Below, piece by piece: positions 36,481 through 49,765 of a stretch of DNA of 64,000 nt (the first letter of the stretch is position 1; each line of letters opens with the position of its first letter). Where the stretch lies: NCBI RefSeq assembly GCF_004010195.1, contig NC_057719.1, positions 95,193,672 to 95,257,671 on the forward strand. The letters run 5' to 3'. This DNA comes from Chiloscyllium plagiosum. Its lineage: Eukaryota. The notes under the pieces are model-generated. The model saw nothing but the letters and a program-made list of their open reading frames with translations. It did no database searches and was not told the origin of the DNA. Both the position numbers and the translations under genes were made by a program.

Positions 36481-38679
36481 ACAAAAAGCAGGTCAGGCAG
36501 CATTGATGTTTCGTGCAAAATTGATGTTTCGGGCAAAAGCCCTTCATCAGGAATTAGGTGCAAATAGTTTACTTTGGAATTATGTGCGGCATGAACCTGT
36601 TGCACCGAAGGGTCTGTTTCCAAGCTGTATGACCCTACGACTCTAAGAAGCGAGATTGTTAATTTTGTGTGTTTCCAATGTTCTTCCTCAGCTACACACA
36701 GATTGCAGAAAAATAAGAACCACTCTTTCTGCTTTTAAAGGTCACTAATATCTTTCTGAGTCTGGAAAGGTGATTGCATGAGGGATTGAATCTATCTCAG
36801 AATTTTCCCAACGGGTTCTGCTGAGTTTCTCTTTGCAAGAGCAACAAAATGGGGTACGAACTGGAATTGAATTTCTAATCTTCCATAATGGCCATCCAAT
36901 TCATCACACTATTATGTTGCCACATACTTTAAAATTTATTTTGCATTTATCCTTGTCAGAAATAGCTTCCAAATGAAAAAAAAAATCAACAGGACCTCTT
37001 GAATTTTTTATTTCAAGTCAATTTCAACTCATGTCAATTCTTAATTCTTTTGCGTTATTAAAACTGTTACAGGCACAAAAATGCAGAGGCAAAAGATTAG
37101 GACTGCTCACAATGAATCAATTTTGACTTCACTAAAATATCATAATAAAATAATCTTGCATTTTCTCAGGCAAGTAATTTATACAAAATATACTTGTGAC
37201 AAAACTCCATTATTCATCTTACAATCTCTTTGAAATTTTGTTCCAAACTCATACTTTGATGTCATGACATTTGTTGGCTGCTTAAAGAATTTATTTGAGT
37301 TATGTTTGGTTTCCTCTTAACACAATGACCTGTTTTAGAGAAATTGGCAAAGAATCTCATGCAAACTGCTGTCAGTGTGTATTGCCTGCTAATGGGAGAT
37401 AGCTGGAATGTTGTCTCAAAGAAAGGTTCAGAAAGAGCAGCTGAACATGTTAAAGCCACAATATGAAGGGAAATAGATGTTACAGTAAGTGTAATATACA
37501 ATAATACATGTGGTAGAGAGGTGTTGCACCTCACGAAGGAAGTTCGAATTGCTGTGGCGACAAATGTTAGTACCTGGATGTTATGGTCTAGAGTTACAGT
37601 TAGTGATGGTAGAAGCTCTAACCTTCAACTAATCACATGACTAACAAAGCATTTCTCCTCATCTCTCCACCTGCCATTGGCATAAGTTGAGAGAATGTGA
37701 AGGTTGATAATCGTGTTTTAAACACACCTTCCTAGGCCATCAAGAGCTGGATTCAAACCAATTGCCTTTGACTCAGAAACTGGGATGTTTCCCATTGTGC
37801 CACATACTACCCAATCCTGACAGTAACTGACAACTAATACTGTGCCTTGTAGAAGAGAAGGTGGATTGGCTGATGGAGAATCTTTGGAGATGTGTGAAGT
37901 TGGATAGAATGGGAAATGTGAAGGTTAGTGACAAAGGTAACAGCATTATTAAGGTTAATTATGGGCAAGGCAACTGCCATGCAAAAGGACTCCTGGTTAA
38001 TATCAGAAATAATATTTAATTGGTGATTTTGTTTTCAGGGAAACCTTTGTTTTTCCTTCTGAACTACAATAGCCTTTCTTGCTAGTGATAAATCACTTCA
38101 AGAAATTTGGAAGTTGTATTTGTATGACAAACTTTGAAAATAATGTTAGACTAAAATGTACTGCTTGCATTGAAAGCGATAGAATGCTTAGTTCATTTAT
38201 GTGTTCTCTCAAGGTCTGTTACAACACATATATTCATAAGTTAAATAGAGAGAAAGATTCCATAGCCATACCGAACATGCATCCAATAATAACACCTCTC
38301 ATAATTTCCATCATTATTGTTGATAAAGATATATAAGCAGTTGTAAAATATCAACTTTTAAAAATCAGAGAGTGCATTGGCCTTTATTTGTCATAACCAA
38401 TTTCTGTTTATTACAAAGATGGCAGGTTCTTGGTAAGGTCATTGATTGTGCATTCTAATATGGCTGTGGAGCCCCATTGCTGGCCTGTGTGACTTTCCAT
38501 AGTGCAGGAATTGTTCAATTGTCCGACTTTGTTGGGTTTACCCTATCTTTCTAGCACTCCACTTGCCCATAGCTGTCCACAGTTTTTGCTGTTCAAAGAG
38601 AAAAACCAGCATGTGAGCTTGCTGCCCAGATAGTTCCAATAAACATTTCTCTCAGTTTATGATGGCATGCCATGTTTCC

Positions 38680-38910
38680 TGATTTGGAGAGGCCGGTGTT
38701 GGACAGGGGTGTACAAACTTAAAAATCACACAACACCAGGTTATAGTCCAACAGGTTTAATTGGAAGCACTAGCTTTTGGAGCGTCGCTCCTTCATCAGG
38801 TGGCTGTGCTGATGAACCACCCTGATGAAGGGGCAGCGCTCTCAAAGCCAGTGCTTCCAATTAAACCGGTTGGACTATAACCTGGTGTTGTGTGATTTTT
38901 AACTTTGCAC
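38680..38910. mobile_element. Family B palindromic element with two opposed, partly decayed hammerhead cores
   Basis: ~90-bp inverted arms; cactagcttttggagcgtcgctccttcatcagg and cctgatgaaggggcagcgctctcaaagccagtg. Confidence 0.9.
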
Positions 38911-38919
38911 TTTTCCTAA

Positions 38920-40640
38920 GATTGGCCTTCAAAGAGTCCTTAAATCTTAATATCAGCTTGCATTGCAGGTGGTATTCAAGTGTGATTGTATGATTACCGT
39001 AGAGATTTAATTTTTATTGAAGTGTACTATTTGTCAATTCCATCTGATTGGGCTCAGGGGTGCTTCAATTCCAGAGGGTTCTGCTCTTTGAGATATTTCA
39101 GTGTTGGCCACTTTGTTCCTTCAGTTGATGCCTGTGATATTTTGAATGCATTTCATGTGGAACGTATGCAACTGTCCATATGTCTGAAATAGGTGGTCCA
39201 CATCTCATGGGCATATAGATGGGTAGGTATAGCCACCATTTTGGACATGGAGAAAGTGCGGACTGCCGATGCTGGAGGTCAGAGTTGAGAGAGTGGTGCT
39301 GAAAAAGTATAGCAGGTCAGGCAGCATCTGAGGAGCAGGAGAATCAATGTTTCGGGCATAAGCCCTTCATCAGGCATTCATCACACTCTTGACCATTTTG
39401 TACACAGCAAGTTTTGTTGCAAGATTGATATCTGATTTCCTCCATAGTCACCTGCATAAACAGACAAAATACCAAACTTGGTCTAGCAATTCTTTTTGTC
39501 ACCTTGCTAAAATGCAAACATTATGGAGATTGTGATTCTGAGATAAATGAAGTTTTTGATCAATGTCACTAGTGGAGTGAAATAAGAATTTCATAGTGGT
39601 TGGTGTAGTTTCTCTGTCTTCCTTAAACTGATGGGTAACCCATAGTTATTAACTGCTTTTGGTAAACAATCCATGATCCTTTGAAAGTCATGTTCACTCA
39701 AGGGCAGAATCATTGGCATAAAATAATTCTATTATAATTATGTGGACGGCAAGATGGCTCACAGCACCAGGGACCTGGGTTCCATTCTAGCCTCGGGCGA
39801 CTGTCTGTATGGAGTTTGCACATTCTCCCCGTGTCTGCGTGGGTTTCCTCCGGGTGCTCCAGTTTCCTCCCATAGTCCAAAGATGTGCAGGTTAGGTGAA
39901 TTGGCCATGGGAAGTTGCCCATAGTGTTTAGGGCTGTGTAGTTAGGTGCATCATTCAGGGGAATGGATCTGGGTGGGTTGCTCTTCGGAGGGTCGGTGTG
40001 GACTTGTTGGGCCAAATGGCCTGTTTCCACACTGTCGGGGTTCTATGAAAATTATCATTATCTCTGAGAATTTAGTTAAGGATTCCAATCATTTCAGCTT
40101 GAATATTTATGTCAAATTCTCCAGAAAATAGGTAGTAAATAATATACTGAAGAGTACAGGAGTCATGACATTGTCTTACTTCATACCACTTGTTACATTA
40201 CAGGAGTCAGTGTATCCACTGCAGTCACCAATCCTGTTTGGCATTCCATTGGGAATTTTTGTGCCAAATTTACTATTCTGTTAGGCCATCCAGCTTTGGC
40301 TGAGATTTTGCCCAGGCTTCTCAAGACCTCTATCAGACCAATGAAGGCGCAGTAGAGACTGTTCTTTGCACAATTTCTCTTGTATTTTGCGAAGTGTCTT
40401 TTCCTTTCTTAAAGCCACTTTGTCTTTCTGGCATACACATTTTGTTATGTGGCTTAGCAGTCTGTTGGGTTCAACCCTCACTTGAATTTGACCAGCTACC
40501 CCAAACAGTGAGGTTCCTCTGTGGTTACCACACTCAGATTTTTATCCTTTCTGTCAACAATAGTGACACTATTGAGCTCCTGAAGAATGGGTTGTTAGTC
40601 CAATTTAATGGTATAATTCTGTGAGTTTGTGACTTATCTG
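38920..40640 (-). mobile_element. Decayed RTE-clade LINE RT region, interrupted by a family A element (~39248-39391) and a V-SINE
   Basis: Hand translation of the minus strand: LYAHEMWTTYFRHM..KCIQNITGIN*RNKVANTEISQRA..IEA and TSGMK*DNVMTPVLFS. Confidence 0.7.
39742..40047 (+). mobile_element. tRNA-derived V-SINE (HE1-like), with a deletion in the tRNA head
   Basis: B-box-like ggttccattc; V-domain ggagtttgcacattctccccgtgtctgcgtgggtttcctccgggtgctcc..cagtttcctccc; CR1-like tail. Confidence 0.9.
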
Positions 40641-41189
40641 GGGACTCCTAGGTTTATAAATTTCTCCTGGGATCTGACCTGAGCCTGGAGCTGTCCTTGA
40701 GGTCAGGGATCTCATACATTTTCAACTTCCACAAAAGAGGGTTTCCTCTCTCGATTTAACATTTGGGCTGATCTGGAAGCTTGTTTATAAGTTATTTACT
40801 CTGGCCACGTGAAAGTGCTCAGGCCAACACTCTTTGGTAACCATCCAGCAATTCAGGAGAGATTCACTATCAGAGGACAGAGCAGGTAAGGAGCTATCTA
40901 AGGGAACCAATCAGCAAAGACTTGAAGCTTTGAGTTGGTTGCACCTTACATAGCTTCTATTGTAGCTTCTTTTGTTTTTCTTGAGTGATTCTGTAACATT
41001 CAACCTATCTGGCTTCACAGCTATACAGAGAATGCAACATTTTACTCCTATAAAAGTTCCTTAATGTGATCACCATTTTCATGAAGTCAGAATAGGTGGT
41101 TTCTGTGTTCACCTTCCAGAACTGTTGAATTGAACATTGACCATGTCACTTCAGCATCATTACTTGGATTTTCTTCAAAGGACATTTTT

Positions 41190-41930
41190 CCTAATGCCTT
41201 AATTTTGAAGGGAAAGGAGTATAAAAGTAAAGAAGTCTTACTAAAACTATATAAGACACTAATTGGATTACTCCTCAACTATTGTGTACAGTTTTGGTTC
41301 CCCTTATCTAAGGAAATGTATACTGACATTGGAAGCAACTGAGAGAAGGTTCATTAGATTGACCCGGAGTATCAAGTGATTTTATTATCAAAAATGCTGA
41401 ATATTTTGGGCTTGTATTCATTGGCGTTTAGAAGAATGTAAGGTGACCTTAATGAAACATAAGATTTTGGGGCCAAAAGAGAAAATGCTCGAAAATCTCA
41501 GCAGGTCTGGCAGCATCTGTAAGGAGAGAAAAGAGCTGATGTTTCAAGTCTAACTGACCCTTTGTCAAAGCTGCTTTTATAAGATTTTGGGGCTTGACAA
41601 GGTAAATGTTGAAAGATTGTTTCCTCTTTTGGAAGTATCTGGAACCAGAGGACATAATCTCAGGGTAAGTGGGCACCGAGTTAACAATCTTTTGTTCGAG
41701 GATAGTGAATAAGTGAAATTCTTTACCATTAAGAGTGGTAGTAGATGAGTTGTCAGGTATATTCAAGGCTGAAGGTTTTTAAACAATAAGAGAACCAAAG
41801 ATTATGAGGAAAAATTGGAAAAGTTGAGTTGAGGATTACCAGATCAGACATGATCTCATTCAATGATGGAGCAGATTTGATGGGCTGAATGGCCTACTTC
41901 TGATCTTACAGCTGATGGTCTTATGGTCTC
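41190..41930 (+). mobile_element. Decayed CR1 3' fragment
   Basis: EYKSKEVLLKLYKTLI..NYCVQFWFP; ggtcttatggtc tail. Confidence 0.85.
41474..41578 (-). mobile_element. 105-bp family C element, second copy, with UUGACAA hammerhead core
   Basis: Perfect 15-bp TSD ATAAGATTTTGGGGC at 41459-41473 and 41579-41593; core shows CpG decay (GAAACAUC). Confidence 0.88.
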
Positions 41931-42424
41931 TTTTACTGTATTTTCTTTCCCTGTTAAATCCTTTCATCATTCTCTGCTGTCTTTTTATATTCTGACCAAT
42001 CATCCCACCGATCAGTCATTATAATAAAATTAAAGGCATTTTCTTTATGTTTGATGCTTTCCTTGACTTCTTTTGTTAATCATAGATGGTGGATCTTTCC
42101 CTTAGAAGGTTTCTGTATGTAGGATATACTTATTCTGCGAATCCTAAAATACAGCCTTAAATGCAGCCATAATTCCACAGGTTCTCAATTGACTCATCCT
42201 GATAAACTAGAGCCCACTCCTCCCACATCATCTTAAGCCAACAGATTCATTCCAGTAATCGTGTGTGCCCTTTGCTAATAAAATCCTGGCTGAATCTTCA
42301 AGTTCAGTTTCAACTTCTTGTCTGATTGTCTTGTTTGAAGTTAGCTTATATCTCTGAAAGAGAAACTGCAGTATGACTGGAGCAGGTACTGAAAGTGTAT
42401 AGGTCAGACCTGCAATTACTGTAG

Positions 42425-42605
42425 AAATGGAACAGTTGGGCAGCAAGAGTACTACAAGATTTTTTGACACTGAGCTGAAAGCCTTGTTGCAGGAGGAACC
42501 ACAGGAGAGCACTATTCACAGCCTGCCAGACAGACATGGTCAGAACAGCAGGAGAAGGTGAATATCTGCAGTCTAACTGGGACACAGGAGGCAGTGCAGC
42601 AACAA
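42425..42605 (+). mobile_element. Possible Harbinger-type Myb/SANT ORF relic
   Basis: Hand translation MEQLGSKSTTRFFDTELKALLQE resembles RxxRFSDxELExL of Myb/SANT-like transposon proteins. Confidence 0.35.
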
Positions 42606-44639
42606 CTCACATCAGCACTTCAAATGTCATAGTTTTATAAATACACACCAACAACACACTCTGCTCACTTCATCCTCTCACCGATTTGACATCATTCTCT
42701 GGCAATATATTGGAAACTAACACAGAACAATCACCTGCTCTGCTTTTCCAGCACCACACTCTTGACACACAACAATCACCAGCCTTATACACTGCTCTAT
42801 TCATCCCTGCCAGCACTCTCTTTAAGCCAAACCCAGAGCCAACATTTTAGAGTGTAATTTCACCTTCACACGTTTAGCATGCCTCACATTCATGTCTGAC
42901 CCACTGCACACACTGCCAGCTATTCTACCAAGACAGGCACACCACCCGAGTACATTGCACCATTTTTCAGTGACTTGCTTCCCTTTGCTCTGCAGAACAA
43001 TTGTCAACTGCAGGGTAGCAGGGTTCTATCCCAGTGAGACATGGGCAGAGTTTCATTTCTTCATCTCAACGGAGAAGAAGATGAAATTCATTATTGGACC
43101 ATCTGTGATTGAGGTCCTGTCTTTTGCTGGGTCTGAAACCATTAAAGGACTTTGGGGAGAAAGTCAAAAGCAGGCTGCACGGGGTTGGGGACTAGGAGCT
43201 GTGGGGCTGAGATCTCCACATGAGATGATGTTGGTGACAATCGTGGACACAATGGTCTGACGCTCAATGCTGGGGTCATGGTCCAGGGAGATAGGAGCAG
43301 GTGTCTTAGGGCTGGCACTCAACCTCCACAATGTCAAGATCAGTACACCAGACAGCGTCACCCTCATCAGCAGGCTTGATGACAAAGCTAAAGGGAGTGT
43401 ACGCAGTGGACATGTTGCAGCAAAAATTGTTCCTGCCAGTTTACTGTCATTTCATCCCACCCATCCATATCATCCATAATCCATGCCATTCCTATCACAT
43501 TGTTTTGATCTCTCCTCTTCCTAACCTACTGCATCCTATTCTTTCTTTTCTGTTCCTGTCCAACAATCCCACTCAGCTCCTCATGAAAACAATTTCTCGA
43601 GCCAGGTTAACTTTGTTGTATGGCTCCTTATAGCTTCTGATGTTTTAGCTGTCCAAAAACCACCTCCTCCACCACCCCTCCACCACTGCCACCATTGTCA
43701 CTAACCATCAGGAGCTAAAGGTGTTCCAGTGTGTCCCATGGCCCCATAGCCAGACACCAGAAACCAGCAACATCCACCAACAACCTGGAACAGTCAAAGA
43801 CTGGATGCTAATAGACAAGTGGTAGAGTAGAGCTGAGCTGCTCAAAAAAAGAGTTTTTTTTAAGTCAATTGCTATATTTTTAAATCAACTTTCCCACACT
43901 ACCTTAGCCAACTCATACCTTATTCCTATGTAACTGGTTTTATTTAAATTTAATAGTCCAATTTTAGACTTACATATGTCATTCTTGAATTCAATTTGAA
44001 ATTCTGACATATTATGATCAATCTTCCCTAAAGGGTTCCTATAATATTATTAATTAAACCTTTTCATTATGCAGCACAAGATCTATAATAATCTCTTGGT
44101 TCCATAGCTTACGATTTGAAAGAACCATCACAATAGCATTCCACGAATTCATCCTTCAAACCAATATTGTCAAGTCAATTTATCCAGTCCATGTTAAGAT
44201 TTATGTTCCTTATAGGGCTACTGCTTTTTGTATAATGCCCACCTCAAAATGGATGCAGTCTGTTTACTCCTTATATTAGTTCTGTTGTGCTGTAAGCCTT
44301 ATTAATAAAAATGGGCATATAACTGACCGATTAAAAGACTCACTGTGGAAAATGACTGTACTAGTGGACATGTTTCATTGCCAACACCTATCATAAGGAA
44401 TTAGATTAAATATCTGATGGTAATTAAATTTACTTTACAGCTTGGATTTGAACCTCAAGATGACTAGCAGATTGCCAGTTCTCCTACGTAGGTCTTTCCA
44501 ACATGAAATGTCCGTTGTGCAGCTGATAATGTGCGATTGTAAAAAACAATTCAGTGCTTCTAGTGTTTTGAAGGAAGAAAATGAGAACAATGTAGATGAG
44601 CCATAATTAAAATCTTCCAAGGTTCTTTCAATTCAGAGC

Positions 44640-45050
44640 AATTGGGAGCATTGCATTTCACCTTACTATTTAAGAACAGGGAGAGAGAAAGCAGGGAATT
44701 ATAGATCAACGTCTGTCATTGGGAAATTATTACAGTAAGCTGAAGGGTCAAAGAATCAATAACAAGGGAGCATAATTTTAAAGTGAAAGGCAAGAGTTTA
44801 GAGGGGATTTGAGGAAAATCCTTTTTACACAGAGAGTGACGAGGGTTCGGAATGCACTGCCTGGGAATGGAGTTGAGACGGGGAACTCATAAACTTTACA
44901 AAGTATTTGGATGAGCACTTGAGTGTCATAACATTCAATGTTATGGGGCTAGGAAAGTGGGACCAGTATAGGTAGTAATGTAATTTTGGCAGTCCAGATT
45001 TGATGGGCTGAATGCCCTCTTCCACCCTGTCTGGCTCATGTGACTAATAG
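44640..45050 (+). mobile_element. Decayed CR1 fragment
   Basis: gggaattatagatca RT-region relic; tttacacagagagtg..ggaatgcactgcct 3' region. Confidence 0.7.
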
Positions 45051-45719
45051 TTTTGAAAATGTTCAGCTGATTATAGATACTTGTATTTGTCAAAATTGTA
45101 AAACATTTCATGTGCTTGATGAAACATTTTGAAGAAATGCCTCAAGAAGTGGACAGCTCAGTTTTCATTGATCTCATTAATGTTCCAGAATACATTTGGC
45201 AAAACCCTTGATAAGATTGAAGGTAACTTATTGACCTCATTACAGCATGGGTTTAGGAGTAGGAGTTAGACAGTAGGCTAACAGGCAGATAAATGTAACT
45301 AGTTACAAATTCCATCTTGTGTGACTATACAAAGGTACTTTTTGATCTTTCTGCAAACTTTAACATTGTTGACATACCAAATGCCTGTCTACTGTCTCTA
45401 GCTCCAAGACACAGTTCTCGGGTAGTTCCATTTTATCTACATAATTCATAGCCAGAGAATCACAAATGATGGCTTCTTTCCTTGTTCCAGCATTGTTATC
45501 TCTGTTCTCCCAAAGTATCTATAATAAAAGGAAAATACTCTGGATTCTAGATATCTGAAATATGCACAGAAGATGCTGGAGAAACTCAGCAGGTCTGACA
45601 GCAAATGAGGGCAGAGAAACATCTCAAACCCAATGTGACTCTTTTTAGGAATGCTGCAAAGATGCTAATAGGCCTGCTGATAGTTACCAACACTTTTTCT
45701 AATACTTTTTCACAACTAT

Positions 45720-46575
45720 TTCTCATCCACATACTGCCCCTTGGCTACGTTACCTGAAGACACAGCATTAGTTTTCACATTAACACCAATAATACCCAGC
45801 TCTACATTATCATTAACTATCTCAACTCCTCTACTATTGCTAAAGTATTAGATTGCTTATCTGACATCCAGTACAATAGGAACAGAAATTTCCTCTAATT
45901 CAGTTTGGGAGGGTGGAATTTATTGTTTCCAGTCTCTGCTCCAGACTCTATTACCCAACTACTGCCCCAGCTCTCTCCCTGGCAATAGTCTGAGACTGTG
46001 CTTGCTGGTTTGAAATTTTGGCATCACATTTGCTCCTGTGATGAGCTCCTGCCTTCATATTCCAGCCGATCCCAAAATGACGTGCTTCAAACTTTAAAAC
46101 ATTGCTACTTATGCTTCTGTCTTAACATATCTGATGTTAATATCCATATCCATACCTTTGTTAATTTCGGTTTTGATAGTTTCAATGCACTTGACTGGTC
46201 TTTCATATTCGGCCTTCCATAAATATAAGGTTGCCCAAGCCTCTACTGCCCATGTCATAGCCAATCCTATTTCTCTAACATCCATGTGCCCGCTAACTTC
46301 ATTGGGTCCCAGTCAAGCAAAGTCTTGATTTAAAAATTCTCACCCTTGCTTTCAAATCCCTTCTTACTCCTTCCTACCACTGTCATATCTTTCAAACCCA
46401 TATCCTTCCCAACACCTCGGCACGGATCTACCTCACTTCCTTCTTTTAAGGTGCTGCTTAAGATCTACCTCTTTAACCAAGCATTCTCTCACCTAACTGT
46501 GTATTCTCCCCTTGTTGCTTGGAGTTATACTTTGTTCTGTCATGCTACTGTGAAGTGCCTTGGGAACATTTACAA
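45720..46575 (+). mobile_element. Decayed L2-clade LINE 3' fragment
   Basis: IHIHTFVNFGFDSFNALD..GLP resembles L2 LIHAFVTSRLDYCNALLxGLP; gtgaagtgccttggga tail. Confidence 0.7.
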
Positions 46576-47122
46576 TACTGGTGAAGCTGGGGTGGGGAGA
46601 GAAAGTTTAGTGAGAATAGGATTGACAAACAAGATGTGAGTCTCATGAATAGGGTGAGCTCAGAGAGAGCACAAGGGAACTACTGAAGAACCTAACGATG
46701 GAAATTTAGGTTTAGAGCAAGAGGGTGCAGTAACACAAAGTTGTCAAGTTGGTTATTGAAACAGAAAAGTGGGAAAGGTAGCAAACTGGATTGAACCAAA
46801 CTTAATGACAAAGAAATCCAACAGTTCTATTAACCATTGCAGGTGAGGTAGGAGGCAGGGCACTGGGCCAGCACAACTCATCAATGTAACTTGGAACATT
46901 AGTTCGGTACAGTCAACAGGAAACCTTGTTTTTACTTTCCCTCTTACCTAACTCCCAATGGTTTTCTAAATGCAGGAGCCTTATCTAATTAACCCGCGGG
47001 GCTGCAGGAGCCTTGTCTAATTAACCCTTCACAGCTCTGCAGCTTTATCACGCAGGTCACAAATAGAGAGTTGGATCTCCCCACGTAATGAAAAATGTGG
47101 GCATTGGGAGAGTTATGTGAGA

Positions 47123-47187
47123 CTGACAGTGAGGAGCTTCCTGACAGTGAGGAGCTTCCTGACAGTGAGGAGCTTCCTGACAATGAG
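47123..47187. repeat. 18-bp tandem repeat CTGACAGTGAGGAGCTTC, about 3.6 copies
   Basis: Three perfect units plus a partial unit. Confidence 0.95.
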
Positions 47188-48180
47188 AGCACAAAGTCCC
47201 TGTTTCCAACCACATTTTGAACAGTGAGATAAGATTCTCATTTGTGAGAATAAGAGTCCTATTTTCATGCAGAAACATCTCGTATGACACCTCATTGATA
47301 GGCAGTTTCTCATCGCCCTACTCTCTGGATAAAAACTGGACGATAACTATTCCTGACACAAATGTCAGAGTGGTTGCCTGGCAACTCCAGCCCACTGCTT
47401 GCTCTTCAGACCCTCCATCACTCAACATCTCAGGGTAGGCAGTGACTGTATGCTGTCCCATCCACCAGGGCATCTAAATCCTGGTTGGCAAAGTTATATG
47501 ACAATTACCAGCTGTCTGACGTGACTAAGATAGTTGTAAGAAACTGTGTGGACCAGCTGCAGACCAAGCGACACTGAACCAGGGGCATGACTGGGCCTCA
47601 GAGACGATGCCAGAACCAGGAATCCTGTGCAGTCCCAGCAGTCTCCAATATTTCTGCCTGTGCTGAGTGGGTAGGGGAATATAGTGAGCATTGCACAATA
47701 GGATGTGTGTTGCACAGTAATGATGCAAGCTTGAGAACATAAAATCAGAATTGCATTCTCAATTTTCAAGTTTGTTTCCCTTTGTAGCCTTCACCCTGTT
47801 GATCATTGTAACCATTTGTGCAAATCTAATTTTCTTCACTGTACTGTGATTTTAGCTATTTAGGCCTTCAATTCTGGGATTCCCGAATTAAACTTCACTG
47901 CCTCCCAACTTTCTTCATTAACTTAAAGTTACTACTAAAGCTACTTTCAGGTGGTGGTGATCCCATGTAGCTTTCTCCTCTCCTTCTGGGTGATAGACGT
48001 CGTGGGCTCAGAATTGAGCTTTAGGAAATTACTGCAGCGTATCATGTGGATGGTGCACACTGCTACTATTAGCTGTTGAAGGTGTTAGGTGGAGTGCCAG
48101 TCAGGCAGCCTGCTTTTGAACTGAGTGGTATCAAGCTCCTTGAGTGTTGTTGGAACTGTACTCATCCAGACAAGTGAAGT

Positions 48181-48290
48181 GTCAATGGCCAGATTAGCCT
48201 GAAAACATCCAATTTCATCTGATCTTGCAAGGCTAAGCAAACCTAAACATGTTCAGTTCTTGTAGATAGACAGACAGACCAGGAAATACC
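48181..48290 (+). pseudogene. Decayed 5S rRNA-derived sequence (pseudogene or SINE3-type head)
   Basis: gtcaatggcca..cctgaa..catctgatct..gctaagca..cagttcttg..ggaaatacc aligns colinearly by eye with vertebrate 5S rRNA. Confidence 0.75.
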
Positions 48291-49035
48291 ATACCACATA
48301 ACAGCCAGGCAATCCCCATCTGCAACCAGAGAGAATGCTCCTGACATTCAATGACATTGCCATAGCAGAATCTCCCACTATCAACATTCTGTGTTTACCA
48401 TGGACCAGAAAAAGAAGCAGGCCATGCATGTCAACATTGTGGTTACAAGAGCAGGTCAGAGGCTGGGAACCCTTTGATGTGTAACTCATCTCCCATCTCC
48501 CCATTGCCTGTCCACTATCTGCACGACACAGGGGAGGTGTGTGATGGAATACTCTCCACTTGTCTGGAAAAGTGCAGCTCCAGCAACACTCAATAAGTAT
48601 GACACCATCTGGGACACTTGATTGGCACCCCATCTACACCTCCAATATTCACTCTGACCACCATTGTTCAGAGATACTGGCATATGCCATTTATAAAATG
48701 CACAGCAACAACTTTCCAAGCTTCATTTGATAGTACATTCCAAATCCATGACTTCTCTCTAAAAGGACAAAAACAGCAGATACATGGGAAAACTACCAGC
48801 TGCAAATTCCCCTCCAAGTTATAAATCACTTTGACTTGGGACAATACTGCAATTAATTCACTGTCAACCAGTCAATATCCTGGAACTCCCTTGCTATCAG
48901 CAATGTAGTGCATATCTCCTCCACATTCCCATCTCTAATTAACTGCAGTGGGTCACGCAAGCAGCTCACCACCGCTTCCTCAGGGGCAATTAGTGATCGG
49001 CAATGAATGCTGGCTGAGCCAATGACACCCACGTT
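48291..49035 (+). mobile_element. CR1/L2-superfamily LINE 3' fragment; inverted related fragment at ~47945-48180
   Basis: gtgatggaatactctccacttg..gcagctccagcaacactcaa..gacaccatc (MEYSPL..AAPxTL..DTI). Confidence 0.7.
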
Positions 49036-49509
49036 CTATTAATATATTAAAACAAAATACAGGCCTAGCATTGTCCATCATGACATTCATTTAAGATGAA
49101 CATCACAGCATTTTTTTGCCACCATCCAATAACAAAAAAAATCAATACCTTTTTCAGAATTTCTTTATCCAATAGCATATCCAATTAAAGAAGCAAAAAC
49201 AAACATTTAATTCTTGAATGTACCCTTAATTCCTATGCCTGTCCTATCTTCCTCCACAGTGCTACAGTGAAGGTTGCAATATTGCTGGTGGAAACCTGCC
49301 TGACATTCAATGGGGAATGATGTGATTAGCCTTACTGGAACCTCTGAAGCAGTTCTGGGTGAGAGTGGAGTGTCAGTGTTAGAAGTATGAACACTGTCAT
49401 CCTCAGAGAGGCGTGCAGGCTTATGCTCCATGCTTGAGTTCTCCAGTACAAAATCTCAACAGTGCCCCAGAGATTTTAGGGTGGATTGCTTAACTGTCAT
49501 GTAATTTGA

Positions 49510-49765
49510 CCATTTAAGGTGGTATTGTTGTTGAACTGTTAATCCAGAGACTGGGTGATGTTCATGGCAGAAGGTGGAATTTGAATTCAATTAAAAAAAA
49601 TCTGGAATTAAAATTCTAATGATGACCATAAATTCATTGTTGATTGTCAGGAAAGCCCATCTGGTTCATGAATGTCCTTAGGGAAGGAAACTGCCATCCT
49701 TACCTTCCTCTGGATAATGAGGTATGGGAAATAAATGCCAACAACACCCACATTCCTTGAGTAGA
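49510..49765 (+). mobile_element. Decayed SINE fragment (related copy at ~29740-29920)
   Basis: catggcag..ggtggaatttgaattc..gcccatctggttca..aatgtcctt..gggaaggaaactgcc. Confidence 0.55.
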
